A DNA stretch of 32,000 nt, from contig NC_006833.1 of NCBI RefSeq assembly GCF_000008385.1, positions 180,001 through 212,000 of the forward strand. Direction: 5' to 3'. Positions 30,512 to 32,000 of the stretch are shown piece after piece. The notes under the pieces were generated by a model that did no database searches, was not told the origin of the DNA, and worked only from the letters and a program-made list of their open reading frames with translations. A program made the position numbers and the translations under genes. This DNA is from Wolbachia endosymbiont strain TRS of Brugia malayi (GTDB lineage: Bacteria; Pseudomonadota; Alphaproteobacteria; Rickettsiales; Anaplasmataceae). Numbering within the stretch: the first letter of the stretch is position 1; every line of letters starts with the position of its first letter.

Positions 30512-30803
30512 ATTACTTGATAAACCTTGCTAATTTCCATAGTACTGAAGGTATTCAGTTATCTTCAATCTATGCAGATTAAATGACAAAGTATCACGTA
30601 GTTAGCGTCTTATGTTTAATTTTTTGTACTATATGTACTCTTATGTCTTTACAACATCTCTGGGGGGGTTTTTACCTATATAAGCTAGAACGTGCTTTAT
30701 AAAGCATTTAAGACAGTATAGTGCGCCAATTTATAGGATTAGAGAGTAAACACTATCTGCCAGGGAATATCTTTTACCTTTTTTCTATTTAATAAATTTC
30801 TTG
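30512..30803 (+). repeat. Intergenic repeat element, copy C
   Basis: It is near-colinear with copy A (1245-1535). The 5' end is ATTACTTGATAA after an A-run, with the same internal blocks and the T-rich tail plus AATAAATTTCTT. A G7 run (30664-30670) replaces an AT-rich stretch of copy A. Confidence 0.85.
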
Positions 30804-31324
30804 CTACTTGTTAGCGGGGTCTAGAGATACCGCAGATGAGTTGCGCCAACGTCTCCGCTGGAATGACATAAGAAGGAGGCTACTTGAACGATAAGAAAGG
30901 AGTACTGGAATGACAATAAATTTCTTCGAAAAAAAGTTACTTGAAATGGCAACTGTATAAAACTGTTACTTCCAGCCTATCTCTATCAGTTTTTTTCTCC
31001 TTTTGCTTCTTCCACTTTAGAGTTGTAGTACTTCATCTGTAACACAATCATCTTGAATCTAAGAGTTCTTTAACTCCTTTAAACAGCATAAAGGGAATAC
31101 CTATACATACTTATAACTAAAGCACTGGTTACCGCTATTTTTGTTATAGCTATAACTGCTGTTAAATAGCTATATCGATAGTAGTTTCCACCACTAAACT
31201 TAATAATATCTTGATTATCATATACCATAATAAAAAAGTCAAATCCATACGCTAAGGTTGTAGCTTTACTAAATACTAAAAAACAGTCACAATGAAGTAA
31301 GCAAACATTTACAAATTAAATTTA

Positions 31325-32000
31325 GTGTGCAATCAACAAACAAGGGTGTTGATATCAACAATTCTCTGTAGAATCGCAATATGGTATGATCACATGCTCT
31401 TTATTGATCTGGTTAACATAATCAGTAGAGAGTTTTGTTCTGCAAAAGATGTCTACTACAACATACTGCAATTGTTTGGAATTGCAGGGCTGGGTGCTAT
31501 GGTAAGGCCACTTGGCGCATCTGTATTTGGTCACATTGGCGATAGATATGGAAGGAAGATGGCATTAACAATTGCTATTTTGCTAATATCAATCCCGTCT
31601 AGTCTCGTTGCATTTATTCCAGGCTATAGTCGAGTAGGTATAACCTCTACTATATTGCTTTTTGCAATCCATGTAACACAAGGAATTGCACTAGGCGCCG
31701 AACAAGGAGGAAGTTCTGTTTATCTCATAGAGCATTTATCCAATAAGAAAAAACTAGGAATGTTTTTTGGGATAATAAGTTTTGGTCGCTCCATTGGTGT
31801 CCTGCTTTTTGTAATGATAGTGATCATATGCAAAAAAATCACTGATTTTAACGCATGGGGCTGGAGAATGCCGTTTACTTTTTCGGCCATTTGGGGATTA
31901 ATGAGTGCATATAGTATATACACATTAGGAGAAACTCCGGCATATGAAAAAAATCGAGAACAAAGAAATTTGCCTAATTTACCAATAATAGAGCTTGTAA
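31325..32000 (+). CDS. MFS transporter, ProP-like (proline/betaine-type), N-terminal part; continues past the right edge
   Basis: The frame is open from 31301 to the window end. It reads ...RIAIWYDHMLFIDLVNII..., GLGAMVRPLGASVFGHIGDRYGRKMALTIAILL (MFS motif A-like RP.G...FG.iGDr.GRK), and GAEQGGSSVYLIEH. The start is uncertain: ATG AAG TAA at 31292-31300 is in frame, so GTG 31325 or a later codon would have to serve as the start. Confidence 0.75.
   Translation, partial: MCNQQTRVLISTILCRIAIWYDHMLFIDLVNIISREFCSAKDVYYNILQLFGIAGLGAMVRPLGASVFGHIGDRYGRKMALTIAILLISIPSSLVAFIPGYSRVGITSTILLFAIHVTQGIALGAEQGGSSVYLIEHLSNKKKLGMFFGIISFGRSIGVLLFVMIVIICKKITDFNAWGWRMPFTFSAIWGLMSAYSIYTLGETPAYEKNREQRNLPNLPIIELV

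Noticed and set aside
30961-31260. 49-codon minus-strand ORF (MVYDNQDIIKFSGGNYYRYSYLTAVIAITKIAVTSALVISMYRYSLYAV) upstream of the MFS gene
   Set aside because: It is short, has no SD, and has no recognisable family. It could be a hydrophobic micro-protein, but the sequence alone gives no support.

Overview
This is a strongly AT-rich window. Its gene content, protein sequences and short palindromic repeats look like a Wolbachia-type (Anaplasmataceae, Rickettsiales) endosymbiont chromosome; that is inference, since no search was possible. From 1 to 17.9 kb it is a housekeeping backbone: htpG (partial), a HAD phosphatase plus RDD membrane protein pair, SURF1, a KefB-type antiporter plus thioredoxin-like protein, tmk, the tilS-ftsH operon, pal, an M32-carboxypeptidase-like protein, mreB and mnmA. 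A frameshifted bacterioferritin and a frameshifted outer-membrane beta-barrel gene are embedded in this part. From 17.9 to 31.3 kb it is a decay zone. It holds an IS66-family remnant with recognisable terminal inverted repeats, an ankyrin/TM pseudogene, an OTU-like cysteine-protease pseudogene and a ~2.5 kb coiled-coil pseudogene. It also holds an orphan HK97 prohead-protease pseudogene and one unidentifiable pseudogene, interleaved with intact glpX, ychF and a CCA-type nucleotidyltransferase. The window ends in a partial ProP-like MFS transporter. I saw no rRNA, tRNA or CRISPR array. I did not find an intact, novel multi-gene system. The least-explained signal is a ~280-290 bp intergenic element present three times in the same orientation (1245-1535, 16169-16445, 30512-30803). 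It has a promoter-like 5' end, hairpins that stay paired despite substitutions, and a T-rich 3' end, so it could be an sRNA gene family or a MITE-like element. Secondary points are the M32 homolog that has lost all its catalytic motifs yet keeps an intact ORF, the recently broken bfr, and the cluster of dead eukaryote-interaction-type genes.
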